Assembly: GCA_947478395.1 (NCBI GenBank)
Contig: CANJVR010000002.1
Location: 608,001 to 672,000 of the forward strand
DNA from: Opitutia bacterium
GTDB lineage: Bacteria > Verrucomicrobiota > Verrucomicrobiia > Opitutales > Opitutaceae
Length of the DNA: 64,000 bases
Reading direction: 5' to 3'
Under the pieces are notes generated by a model, which was given only the letters and a program-made list of their open reading frames with translations, did not search any database and was not told where the DNA came from. The first letter of the stretch is position 1. Each line of letters starts with the position of its first letter. A program made the translations under genes and the position numbers. Below are positions 1 to 7,899 of this stretch, in pieces.

Positions 1-1183
1 TGAGCTCCGCGGGACGGGCGACCATCGCCAGGCCCAAACCGATTGCCACCCACGTGACGGCTTGTGGCCGGTACCGGCCGACGCCTTCGATGAGGGCGGC
101 CGCGCCCATCCCGGCGAGCACGAAAAAAAGCGGAAGCACGTGGCTGAGGTTGCGCTCAAAGAAGACCGACCTCGTCGCAAAATAGCCGGCGAAAAGTACC
201 ACCGGCCCAGCGAGCACCAACCATTCCGACCACTTGCGTCGCACGAGCAAGATCGCGGCGCCGCCGAGTCCCGCCAACACGGTTGGCCAACCGAGCGTTG
301 AGCGGAAATATCCCGCCATCATGTCGGCCACGGGCCCGCCCGCCCAATGACTGTAAGGTGGGTGCAGCCCCGCGTACTGATGGGTGAGGCGCTCGACTCC
401 GTTCCAGAAGGCCGCGGGGTGCAGCACGGCCCCCGGCGCACCCAAGCAAAATCCCAGGCTCGCGCCACCGAGGGTCGCCAGCCCGGCCCAAGCGGCGCGC
501 GCTCCGAACTTTCCCGGCGGCCCATCGCCGAACGTCGCCGCTACGGACACGAGCGGGAGCCAGATCAGGGCCAACATCGAGATTTTGCAGGCCACGAGCA
601 CGCCCACGAGCACGGCGGCTCCGAAGATTTCAGCGAAGCGCAGCTGCCGCCGCGTTGGCAGACATAAACTCACAGCCGCGAGCGTGAGGACGGTCACAAA
701 GGACTCCGCCCTCATGTAGTGGGCGTCCTGGATCATCAAGAGCGAGAAAACCATGGGTATCGCGGCCATCCACGCCGCAAGTTCACCCCCCACCCGCCGG
801 GCCAGACGCCACGTTTGCCAGACGGCAACCGTGGCCAGCAGCACGGAGAAAAAGCGGTAAACCCAAAAACCCTCGTTGAGCGAACGCCAGTCCGCGAGGC
901 CCGGGATCAGTTTTACGCAACGATAGAAAAAATAGGTAGCGTAGAGGTGGGACGAAAAATTGTACTGATCGTAGCGCAGTCCCGGCTCGAGATTGGCCTT
1001 GGCCCAATTGGTGTCCAAGTCCCCCGTGCGGCGCATGGCGTTGACGACTTCAAACGTGATCGTCTCATCCGGGTGCCCGTAGTTTTCGTGGTAATAAGCC
1101 GCGCGCAGAAAAAATCCGATCGCGACAAGCAGCAACGGCGCCCACCAGCTTCGCAGCTTAAAAATCTTCGGGGAGAATATCAC
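1..1183 (-). CDS. Polytopic membrane glycosyltransferase, GT-C fold (ArnT/PMT_2-like); 3' end runs off the window
   Basis: Absent from the ORF track (no stop in window). Hand translation from GTG 1183: MIFSPKIFKLRSWWAPLLLVAIGFFLRAAYYHENYGHPDETITF...RFFSVLLATVAVWQTWRLA...QDAHYMRAESF...GVLVACKISMLAL...FFERNLSHVLPLFF, with no stop to base 1. HPDE motif after TM1 and many hydrophobic segments are typical of GT-C enzymes. Confidence 0.8.
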   Translation of the reverse strand, partial: MIFSPKIFKLRSWWAPLLLVAIGFFLRAAYYHENYGHPDETITFEVVNAMRRTGDLDTNWAKANLEPGLRYDQYNFSSHLYATYFFYRCVKLIPGLADWRSLNEGFWVYRFFSVLLATVAVWQTWRLARRVGGELAAWMAAIPMVFSLLMIQDAHYMRAESFVTVLTLAAVSLCLPTRRQLRFAEIFGAAVLVGVLVACKISMLALIWLPLVSVAATFGDGPPGKFGARAAWAGLATLGGASLGFCLGAPGAVLHPAAFWNGVERLTHQYAGLHPPYSHWAGGPVADMMAGYFRSTLGWPTVLAGLGGAAILLVRRKWSEWLVLAGPVVLFAGYFATRSVFFERNLSHVLPLFFVLAGMGAAALIEGVGRYRPQAVTWVAIGLGLAMVARPAEL

Positions 1184-1311
1184 GCGTCGAATCGCGAGTC
1201 CCCCCGCTTGCGGCAAGGGTAGCAACCCGAAAAAGATATTTAGTACCGCGAACGCTGCCGGCCTGCGACTCAGCGCAGACGTTATAACCGACCGGCGCCT
1301 TAGGACCCGGC

Positions 1312-2748
1312 CTACTTATGATCCCAGGGTAACTTCACGTCCATGCGGGCGTGCTTCCAGACTTCGAACACCTCGAACATTTTCCCCGGATTGAAGATCC
1401 CGTTTGGATCGAGCGCGTGCTTCACCGCCTGCATGGCCTTCACCTGCGCTGGCGAATGCTGTAGCCGCAAGAACGGCGTCTTCGCGAGCCCGATACCGTG
1501 CTCGCCCGAGATCGCTCCGCCGAGCGCCACCACCGTCTCCATCAATTTCTGCACCGCCTTTTCCGCCGCGCGGACCTCGATCGGGTTCGCTTTGTGATAC
1601 ATGATGTTCACGTGAAGATTTCCGTCGCCGAGATGCCCAAACGTCGGAATCGAAAGCTTCGATTCTTTCCGCAATGCCTCCAGAAAACGCGCGAATTTTT
1701 CGTAGTTCCGCAGCGGCACCACGATGTCTTCGTTCAACTTCGCGTCGCCCAGTTCAAACATCGCGCCTGAACATTTCCGGCGAACCGTCCAGAGCGCCTC
1801 GGCTTCATCGCGATTTTTAGCCGCCCGGTGCGCCAGCGCATGCTTCGCCGCCCAGGCCAGCACGGTTTTTTTCACCTCGCGCACTTCACTCGCCGCTCCG
1901 GCGAGTTCGATCAACAGCACCGGCCGCCCCGGCTGTCCTTCAAAAATCGTCACGCCCGTCGCCCGCTCCGCACACTGCACGGAATATCGATCGAGAAATT
2001 CACAGATCGCCGGCTGCACCCGCTCGCGAAAGAGCGCGCGCACCGCGCGAAACGCATCGGGCTCCGTCTTGAATGCCGCCAGCAACGTCCAGCGCGCCGC
2101 CGGCAAAGGAATCAGTTTCAACGTCGCGGCCGTCACCAGCCCGAGCATCCCTTCGCTCCCGATCCATAGGTCGCGCAAATTGAAACCCGACGAGAATTTT
2201 TTTGTCGGCGTGCCCCACTTCACGAATTCGCCGGTCGGCAAAAAGCCTTCAAGCGCCAACACAAAATCCCGCGTCACCCCGTACTTGCCGCCGTGCATGC
2301 CGCCGGCGTTGCACGCGATGTTGCCGCCGATCGTGCAGTACTCGCGCGATGAGGGATCAGGCGGATAAAACCAACCCACGGCTTCCGTCGCCCGCTGGAT
2401 ATCGGCGACTTTCGCGCCCGCCTGCACGTGTGCCATGCCGGCTTCCGCGTCGACGGTGATTTTGTCCCAGCCGAGCATGTCGATCACCCAACCGCCCTGT
2501 CGCGGTGCTGCGGCACCCGTCAGGGTCGTTCCCCGTCCGCGCACCGTCACGGGAATTTTCCGCTCGTTGGCGAGGGCCAGCGCGATCGCAATATCTGCTT
2601 CTTGGCGCGGAAAAATGACGGCTTCCGGCATGAAGCGCAGTTTGCTGCTGTCGAACGAGGCCGCCGCGCAGGCCACGTCGTCGGTGCGCACGACTTTCTG
2701 GCCGAGCTTTCGTTGCAACTGCGCCGTGGCTTCCGCAAATGACTTCAT
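1312..2748 (-). CDS. FAD-linked oxidase, GlcD/D-lactate dehydrogenase-like
   Basis: Motifs RGRGTTLTG, YPPDPSS, TIGGNIACNAGG, GSEGMLG, GHLGDGNLHVN, SGEHGIG, DPNGIFNPGK. Start moved to ATG 2748 (MKSFAEA). Confidence 0.88.
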   Translation of the reverse strand: MKSFAEATAQLQRKLGQKVVRTDDVACAAASFDSSKLRFMPEAVIFPRQEADIAIALALANERKIPVTVRGRGTTLTGAAAPRQGGWVIDMLGWDKITVDAEAGMAHVQAGAKVADIQRATEAVGWFYPPDPSSREYCTIGGNIACNAGGMHGGKYGVTRDFVLALEGFLPTGEFVKWGTPTKKFSSGFNLRDLWIGSEGMLGLVTAATLKLIPLPAARWTLLAAFKTEPDAFRAVRALFRERVQPAICEFLDRYSVQCAERATGVTIFEGQPGRPVLLIELAGAASEVREVKKTVLAWAAKHALAHRAAKNRDEAEALWTVRRKCSGAMFELGDAKLNEDIVVPLRNYEKFARFLEALRKESKLSIPTFGHLGDGNLHVNIMYHKANPIEVRAAEKAVQKLMETVVALGGAISGEHGIGLAKTPFLRLQHSPAQVKAMQAVKHALDPNGIFNPGKMFEVFEVWKHARMDVKLPWDHK

Positions 2749-2755
2749 CGCCCCC

Positions 2756-2941
2756 AGACAAAGCGGGCCCCGGGCTCGGGCAATACGATTCAGGGTCCCG
2801 GCCGATTCGCGCAACGTGGATTCGGAGACGCCGTCAGTACCATTTATAGTCAAGACGTGGAGGCTAAGTAACGTGGCGGTGCGACGACACTGAAGGCTGG
2901 TATCCGGACAAGGCCGCACTGCGATCTCCGGGCCCACGTCT
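2756..2941. ncRNA. Candidate structured RNA (long imperfect rod, possibly 6S-like)
   Basis: Intergenic region between divergent genes, with nested complementary arms: GGGTCCCGG/CCGGGCCC, GATTCGC/GCGATC, TTCGGA/TCCGGA, GCC-TCAGT/ACTGA-GGC (2793-2935). An alternative ~186-nt fold uses AGAC...GTCT and GGGCCC/GGGCCC. Folded by eye only. Confidence 0.3.
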
Positions 2942-3013
2942 CGCGGACACGCGTCCGCAACTTTTGCTTTCCCTCGGACGGCGATTGGCTCTTATCGTTT
3001 TCCTTCCTTTGCC

Positions 3014-3973
3014 ATGACCCGCGTTCTCCTCACGACCACTTCGTTCCAAGATACTCCCGGCATCCACCATGAGATGCTGGCGCAAACCGGATTCGAAATC
3101 GTGCGCGAACGCGGCCCGCTCCCCGAGAGCCGCATGCTCGAACTCGCCGGCCAGTTCGACGCCTACCTCTGCGGCGATGACGCCCTCACGCGCGCCGTTA
3201 TCCAAAAATCCCTACCGCGCCTCAAAGTCATTTCCAAGTACGGGATCGGGCTCGACAAGATCGACGTCCCGGCCGCCACCGACCTCAAAGTTCCCGTCCT
3301 CTTCACCCCCGGCGTCAATCACACCACGGTCGCCGAACACACGTTTTGCCTCCTGCTCGCCGCGGTGCGCAATCTGGTCGTCGAGGCCAATCACACCGCC
3401 GCCGGGCGTTGGACACGCATCACCGGCAACGAGGTCTGCGGCAAAACGCTCGCGATCGTCGGCTTCGGCCGCATCGGCAAGGAAGTCGCCATCCGCGCCA
3501 AAGCTTTTGGGCTGAATGTCATCGGCTATGGCAACTACTGGGACGAAGATTTCGCCCGCTGGTACGACATCAAGCGCGTGGAAAATTTCGACGACGTCCT
3601 CCGGCAGGCCGACATCATTTCGCTCCACACCAAACTCACGGCCGCCACGAAAGGCCTGATCAACGCAAAAAATTTCCCGCTCATCAAAAAGGGCGCCGTC
3701 ATCGTCAACACGGGCCGCGGCGAACTTGTCGAACTCGCCGCGCTCGTGGCCGCGTTGAAATCGAAACACCTACTGGCCTACGCCGCCGACGTGCTCGACC
3801 AGGAACCGCCGCCCGCCGATCACCCGCTGCTTGGCCTGCCCAACGTCATCATCACGCCGCACATCGGCTCGCGCACCCACGAGAGCGTCCAGCGCCAGGC
3901 CAGCTGCGCCGTCGAGAATCTGACCCGCTACCTCGCCGGAAAAACCCCGATCGCGCAGGCGAACCAAATCTGA
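3014..3973 (+). CDS. D-isomer-specific 2-hydroxyacid dehydrogenase (phosphoglycerate dehydrogenase-like, no ACT domain)
   Basis: GIGLDKID, VAEH, Rossmann GFGRIG, NTGRG, DVLDQEP, TPHIGS; catalytic Arg/Glu/His present; 319 aa. Confidence 0.88.
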   Translation: MTRVLLTTTSFQDTPGIHHEMLAQTGFEIVRERGPLPESRMLELAGQFDAYLCGDDALTRAVIQKSLPRLKVISKYGIGLDKIDVPAATDLKVPVLFTPGVNHTTVAEHTFCLLLAAVRNLVVEANHTAAGRWTRITGNEVCGKTLAIVGFGRIGKEVAIRAKAFGLNVIGYGNYWDEDFARWYDIKRVENFDDVLRQADIISLHTKLTAATKGLINAKNFPLIKKGAVIVNTGRGELVELAALVAALKSKHLLAYAADVLDQEPPPADHPLLGLPNVIITPHIGSRTHESVQRQASCAVENLTRYLAGKTPIAQANQI

Positions 3974-4013
3974 GCCCGGCCGCGCACGCCGCTTTCCACT
4001 GTTTTTCCGACTT

Positions 4014-4045
4014 AACTCGAAACCCGAAACTCAAAACCCAAAACC
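4014..4045 (+). repeat. Heptamer tandem repeat AAC(T/C)C(G/A)A x4+
   Basis: aactcga aacccga aactcaa aacccaa aacc; a related copy lies at 58875-58892. Confidence 0.7.
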
Positions 4046-4073
4046 TTCAAAAACGCGTTCCGCGTTTTCTCCC

Positions 4074-5171
4074 ATGTCCGAAATTTTCTACGTCGTCCCC
4101 GAATCACAGCACAACGCCCTGATTGCCGCCGCTTACCAGCATCGCGGTTTCCTCGCCGACGAAGCCGCCGAGGGTGCGCGCTTCTGCGCCGAGGCATCGC
4201 GCCACGGGATCCGCACGCACAACGGCCTCAAAGCTCTCCACCTCGATCATCTCTTCGGCTCCGGCTCGAAGGGCTGCGTGCCCGGCGCACAGATCGAAGT
4301 TAAACCGTCGAAGTTCGAAGCCGCAAAAATTTGGAACGCCAACAAAAAGCTCGGCCAGTCGACCGCCTATCGCGCCATGGACGAAGCCATGCGTCTCGCG
4401 GACAAATACGGCGTGGGCACGGTCTCGGTCGACAACGCCTTCCACTATCTCTGGGGCGGCGGCTACGTGATGGATGCCGCGAAGAAGGGCTACATCGCGT
4501 ACACGAATTGCACCGCGGCCCTCGCCGAAGTAGTCCCGTTCGGCGGAAAATTTCCCACGCTCGGCACCAATCCGCACTCGTGGGGTTTCCCGACGACCGC
4601 GGCCGTGGGCTATCCGATCGTGATCGACTGGGCCACGTCGGTTGTGGCGATGGGCCGGGTTCAACAACTCAAGCGCGAGGGCAAACAACTGCCGCCACTC
4701 GCCGCCGTGGACAAAGACGGCAATCCGACCATCGATCCGAATCTCGCCGCCTCGCTCCTGCCCTTCGGCGCCCACAAGGGCTACGGCCTCTCGCTCATCA
4801 ACGAGATCGTCGGCGGCTTCATCGGCGGCTCGCTCCCGACCATCCGCAACCGCTGGGACCAGGTCGGCGCCGGCGACAAGGGCACCTGCGTGTTCTTCTT
4901 CCAAGTTATCCACCCGGACGCCATCAGCAGCGGCGCCTTCGCCAAGGGCCGCAGCCAGTCGCAAAACGTGAAGGCCGTCATCGAAGACGTCCTCGGCCAC
5001 GGCAACGAGAAATCCATGCTCCCCGGCCAACTTGAAGCCGCGGCCGCGGCCCGCTCCGTGCAGAACGGTGGTCTGCTCTTCTCCGCAGCCGAGGTCGCCG
5101 CGTTCAACGAGATCGCGACCGAGTGCAGCCTGCCGCTCTGGAAACTCAGCGACCTCAAGGTCGCCGTCTAA
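4074..5171 (+). CDS. Ldh_2-family NAD(P)-dependent oxidoreductase (YiaK/DlgD-like)
   Basis: GIRTHN, HYLWGGGY, GTNP, IDWATS, GAHKGYGLSL, LPG motifs of the type-2 malate/L-lactate dehydrogenase family. Confidence 0.82.
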   Translation: MSEIFYVVPESQHNALIAAAYQHRGFLADEAAEGARFCAEASRHGIRTHNGLKALHLDHLFGSGSKGCVPGAQIEVKPSKFEAAKIWNANKKLGQSTAYRAMDEAMRLADKYGVGTVSVDNAFHYLWGGGYVMDAAKKGYIAYTNCTAALAEVVPFGGKFPTLGTNPHSWGFPTTAAVGYPIVIDWATSVVAMGRVQQLKREGKQLPPLAAVDKDGNPTIDPNLAASLLPFGAHKGYGLSLINEIVGGFIGGSLPTIRNRWDQVGAGDKGTCVFFFQVIHPDAISSGAFAKGRSQSQNVKAVIEDVLGHGNEKSMLPGQLEAAAAARSVQNGGLLFSAAEVAAFNEIATECSLPLWKLSDLKVAV

Positions 5172-5317
5172 GCTCAACCGGAAGCATCCGCTTTCCCCCT
5201 CGCGCGCGCCACAGACTTTGCCGCCGCAAGCAAAGTCGCCGCTTCTCATTCAACCATCTCTTCAACTCCATTCCTGATTTTCTGCGTTCCAGATAAAAAT
5301 CTCTTTCTCGTCCGCCC

Positions 5318-6412
5318 ATGAGCCTCCAAATCAAACCCGCCAAGTCCTGCGCCTTTGACCAAATCTCCCTCGGCGAAGTCATGCTTCGTCTCGATCCCGG
5401 CGAGGGCCGCATTCGCACCGCCCGCGAATTCAAAGTCTGGGAAGGCGGCGGCGAATACAACACGTCGCGCGGCCTCCGCAAATGCTTCGGCTACAAAACC
5501 GCCGTCGTCACCGCGTTCGTTGACAACGAAATCGGGCACCTCGTCGAAGACTTCATCATGCAGGGCGGCGTCGCCACCGATTTCATCAAGTGGCGCGACG
5601 ACGACGGCATCGGCCGCACCGTCCGCAACGGCCTCAACTTCACCGAGCGCGGTTTCGGCGTTCGTGGCGCCGTCGGCAATCCCGACCGTGGCAACACCGC
5701 CGCCTCGCAACTCAAGCCCGGCGACATCGATTGGGATCACATTTTCGGCACCCTCGGCGTGCGCTGGTTCCACACCGGCGGCATCTTCGCCGCCCTCTCC
5801 TCCTCGACTGCGGAACTGACGGTCGAAGCCGTCAAGGCCGCCAACAAGCACGGTACCATCGTGTCCTACGATCTTAACTACCGTCCCTCGCTTTGGAAAA
5901 CCATCGGCGGCCTCAAAAAAGCCCAGGAGGTCAACCGCGAGATTGCCAAATATGTCGATGTCATGATCGGCAACGAAGAGGACTTCACCGCCTCCCTCGG
6001 CTTCGCCGTCAAGGGCGCGGAAAGCCTCGGCCACATCGAAACCGATGCGTTCAAGGCGATGATTGAAACCGCCGTGAAGGAATTCCCCAATTTCAAGGTG
6101 GCCGCCACCACGCTGCGCCACGTCATCACCGCGACGAAGAACGACTGGTCGGCCATCCTCTGGCACGCCGGAAAATTCCACGAGAGCCGCTCATACCCCG
6201 GCCTCGAAATCCTCGATCGCGTCGGCGGCGGCGACTCCTTCGCGTCCGGCGTGCAGTTCGGCTTCATGGAATTCAACGACGCCCAGAAGGCCGTCGAATA
6301 CGGCGCCGCCCACGGAGCGCTCGCCTCGACGACCCCCGGCGACACGTCCATGGCCACGCGCAAGGAAGTCGAGAAACAGATTTCCGGCGGCGGCGCCCGG
6401 GTCGTGCGGTAA
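5318..6412 (+). CDS. kdgK: PfkB sugar kinase, 2-keto-3-deoxygluconate kinase-like
   Basis: GEVMLRL, GGGEYN, YDLNYRPSLW, GNEED, DRVGGGDSF. Confidence 0.8.
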   Translation: MSLQIKPAKSCAFDQISLGEVMLRLDPGEGRIRTAREFKVWEGGGEYNTSRGLRKCFGYKTAVVTAFVDNEIGHLVEDFIMQGGVATDFIKWRDDDGIGRTVRNGLNFTERGFGVRGAVGNPDRGNTAASQLKPGDIDWDHIFGTLGVRWFHTGGIFAALSSSTAELTVEAVKAANKHGTIVSYDLNYRPSLWKTIGGLKKAQEVNREIAKYVDVMIGNEEDFTASLGFAVKGAESLGHIETDAFKAMIETAVKEFPNFKVAATTLRHVITATKNDWSAILWHAGKFHESRSYPGLEILDRVGGGDSFASGVQFGFMEFNDAQKAVEYGAAHGALASTTPGDTSMATRKEVEKQISGGGARVVR

Positions 6413-6454
6413 CGCCGCGAACAGCCAGTTACGCGCACGGTCAGGGCCGAGAGG

Positions 6455-6485
6455 GCGGGCGGATTACCAGTCAATCCACCGCTAC
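6455..6485 (-). repeat. GTAG-type REP-like palindrome
   Basis: Reverse complement reads GTAGCGGTGGATTG-ACTGG-TAATCCGCCCGC (GTAG followed by a hairpin). Confidence 0.5.
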
Positions 6486-6513
6486 GACTCGGCCTCACCC
6501 CGCGAATCGCTAC

Positions 6514-6536
6514 ACCGGCGCGTGAGGAATAACGCG
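6514..6536 (+). repeat. Dispersed palindromic repeat (copy 1 of 2; copy 2 at 13568-13590)
   Basis: accggcgcgtgagGAataacgcg versus accggcgcgtgagCGataacgcg, 21/23 identical; both lie between convergent genes. Confidence 0.6.
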
Positions 6537-6987
6537 CCGCTTTCATCATCTGCGGGAAGGCTGCGCTTGAGAGGCGCGCCCCACCGTCGACAGAGCTCGC
6601 CGTGAACTGGAGTTTGCAATCTCAGAAGCCCTTCGCGCTCCCCGGGACCTCCCGGTACCACGCCACCTTAAAGCGCAAACTCATTTGAACCGCGGTATTC
6701 GCGAGCATCGGCATGAGTTCGATTTGGTAGCCAGGATGAGAGTAAATTCCGATCAGCCGATGCCACGGTCGGTCCCTCCGACCGGCCTGGGTCGAGCCAA
6801 CGGACTCAACCGCCTCGGGTCGGAGTAATGGTCCACTTTGTTTAAAAAAGGGCCCGCTAATCCTGCCTGACGCCGATCCGGTTGATCCCTGCAACCAAGC
6901 AATATTGCCTCACTCCCCTTTCGCCCCCCGCTTTTTCCATGACCAAGGTTAGCACCTTGTGCGCCCAAGTCCGTCGTGAAAATTCCC

Positions 6988-7584
6988 CTACGAGCAACAC
7001 TCGCGGGATCGGAGATAATCGACAATGCGGGCCACATTTTCAATGGGCGCTGTTTGATCAGTCTCCAGCACGATTTCAGGAAACTCCGGCGGCTCATAGG
7101 GAGAAGAAATTCCGGTAAACTCGGCGATTTCACCCCGGTCCGCCCGGGCGTATAGCCCTTTCGGATCGCGCCGGCGACAAACCTCAATTGGCGTCGCAAC
7201 GTAGACCTCGATAAACCGGCTCGGAATCACCGCGCGGCGCGCAGCCTCGCGGTCCGCACGAAACGGGGAGATGAGGGCCACGATCGCGATAAATCCGGCG
7301 TCGGCGGACGCCGCCGCCCACGCCGCTGCGCGGCGGACGTTCTCTGAACGATCGGCCGCGGAATAGCCGAGATCCGCACAAAGGCCGCGCCGAAGCTCGT
7401 CACCATCGATTCGAGCAATCCGCCGCCCGGCTTCCTCGAGCGCTCGCTCCAGCTCAACGGCAATCGTCGTTTTTCCAGATGCCGATAGCCCGGTGAGCCA
7501 GATGACCCACCCAGATTGCGCCCCATGCGCAGCAAGTTTTAGCGGTGCGCCAAGCCCAGCGGGTCCTCCTTGCGTTGTTTGCAT
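6988..7584 (-). CDS. cysC: Adenylyl-sulfate (APS) kinase
   Basis: IWLTGLSASGKTT P-loop, DGDELRRGL..DLGYS..DRSENVRR, ISPF, DPKGLY, FTGISSPYEPP. Start ATG 7584 or TTG 7599. Confidence 0.93.
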   Translation of the reverse strand: MQTTQGGPAGLGAPLKLAAHGAQSGWVIWLTGLSASGKTTIAVELERALEEAGRRIARIDGDELRRGLCADLGYSAADRSENVRRAAAWAAASADAGFIAIVALISPFRADREAARRAVIPSRFIEVYVATPIEVCRRRDPKGLYARADRGEIAEFTGISSPYEPPEFPEIVLETDQTAPIENVARIVDYLRSRECCS

Positions 7585-7899
7585 CAATAAAGCCGACAAG
7601 ACTCAGCAGTTCTGGCGCCGGATCAAGAAGTACAATTAAAACGGCCGCACTGATCGTTCCGAAGCGATCCGGGTTTCAGCAGACTAACACGATAATGCGA
7701 ATCCGGCGCAAAGCCGCGCCCTCAAAACAAGGCCGCGTCTGCCGTCACGCCCGACGAAAAACCGGTGAAAACATCGGGGGGCCCGCCAGGTGTCATTATT
7801 TTCCAGAAACGATGATCTTGTGGAAACCCGACCCAACGATTCGCGTCTTCGTAAAATCTTGACGACGATCGGACAGTAAAATGCTGTCAGTTCGTCCCC

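Noticed and set aside
62..1222. Multiple short ORFs in the track
   Set aside because: Explained as shadows of the minus-strand GT-C gene.
6622..6894. 90-aa minus-strand ORF downstream of cysC
   Set aside because: TTG start, no recognisable motif, and it spans a CGGTCGG/CCGACCG hairpin; cannot support it as a gene, although a decayed remnant is not excluded.
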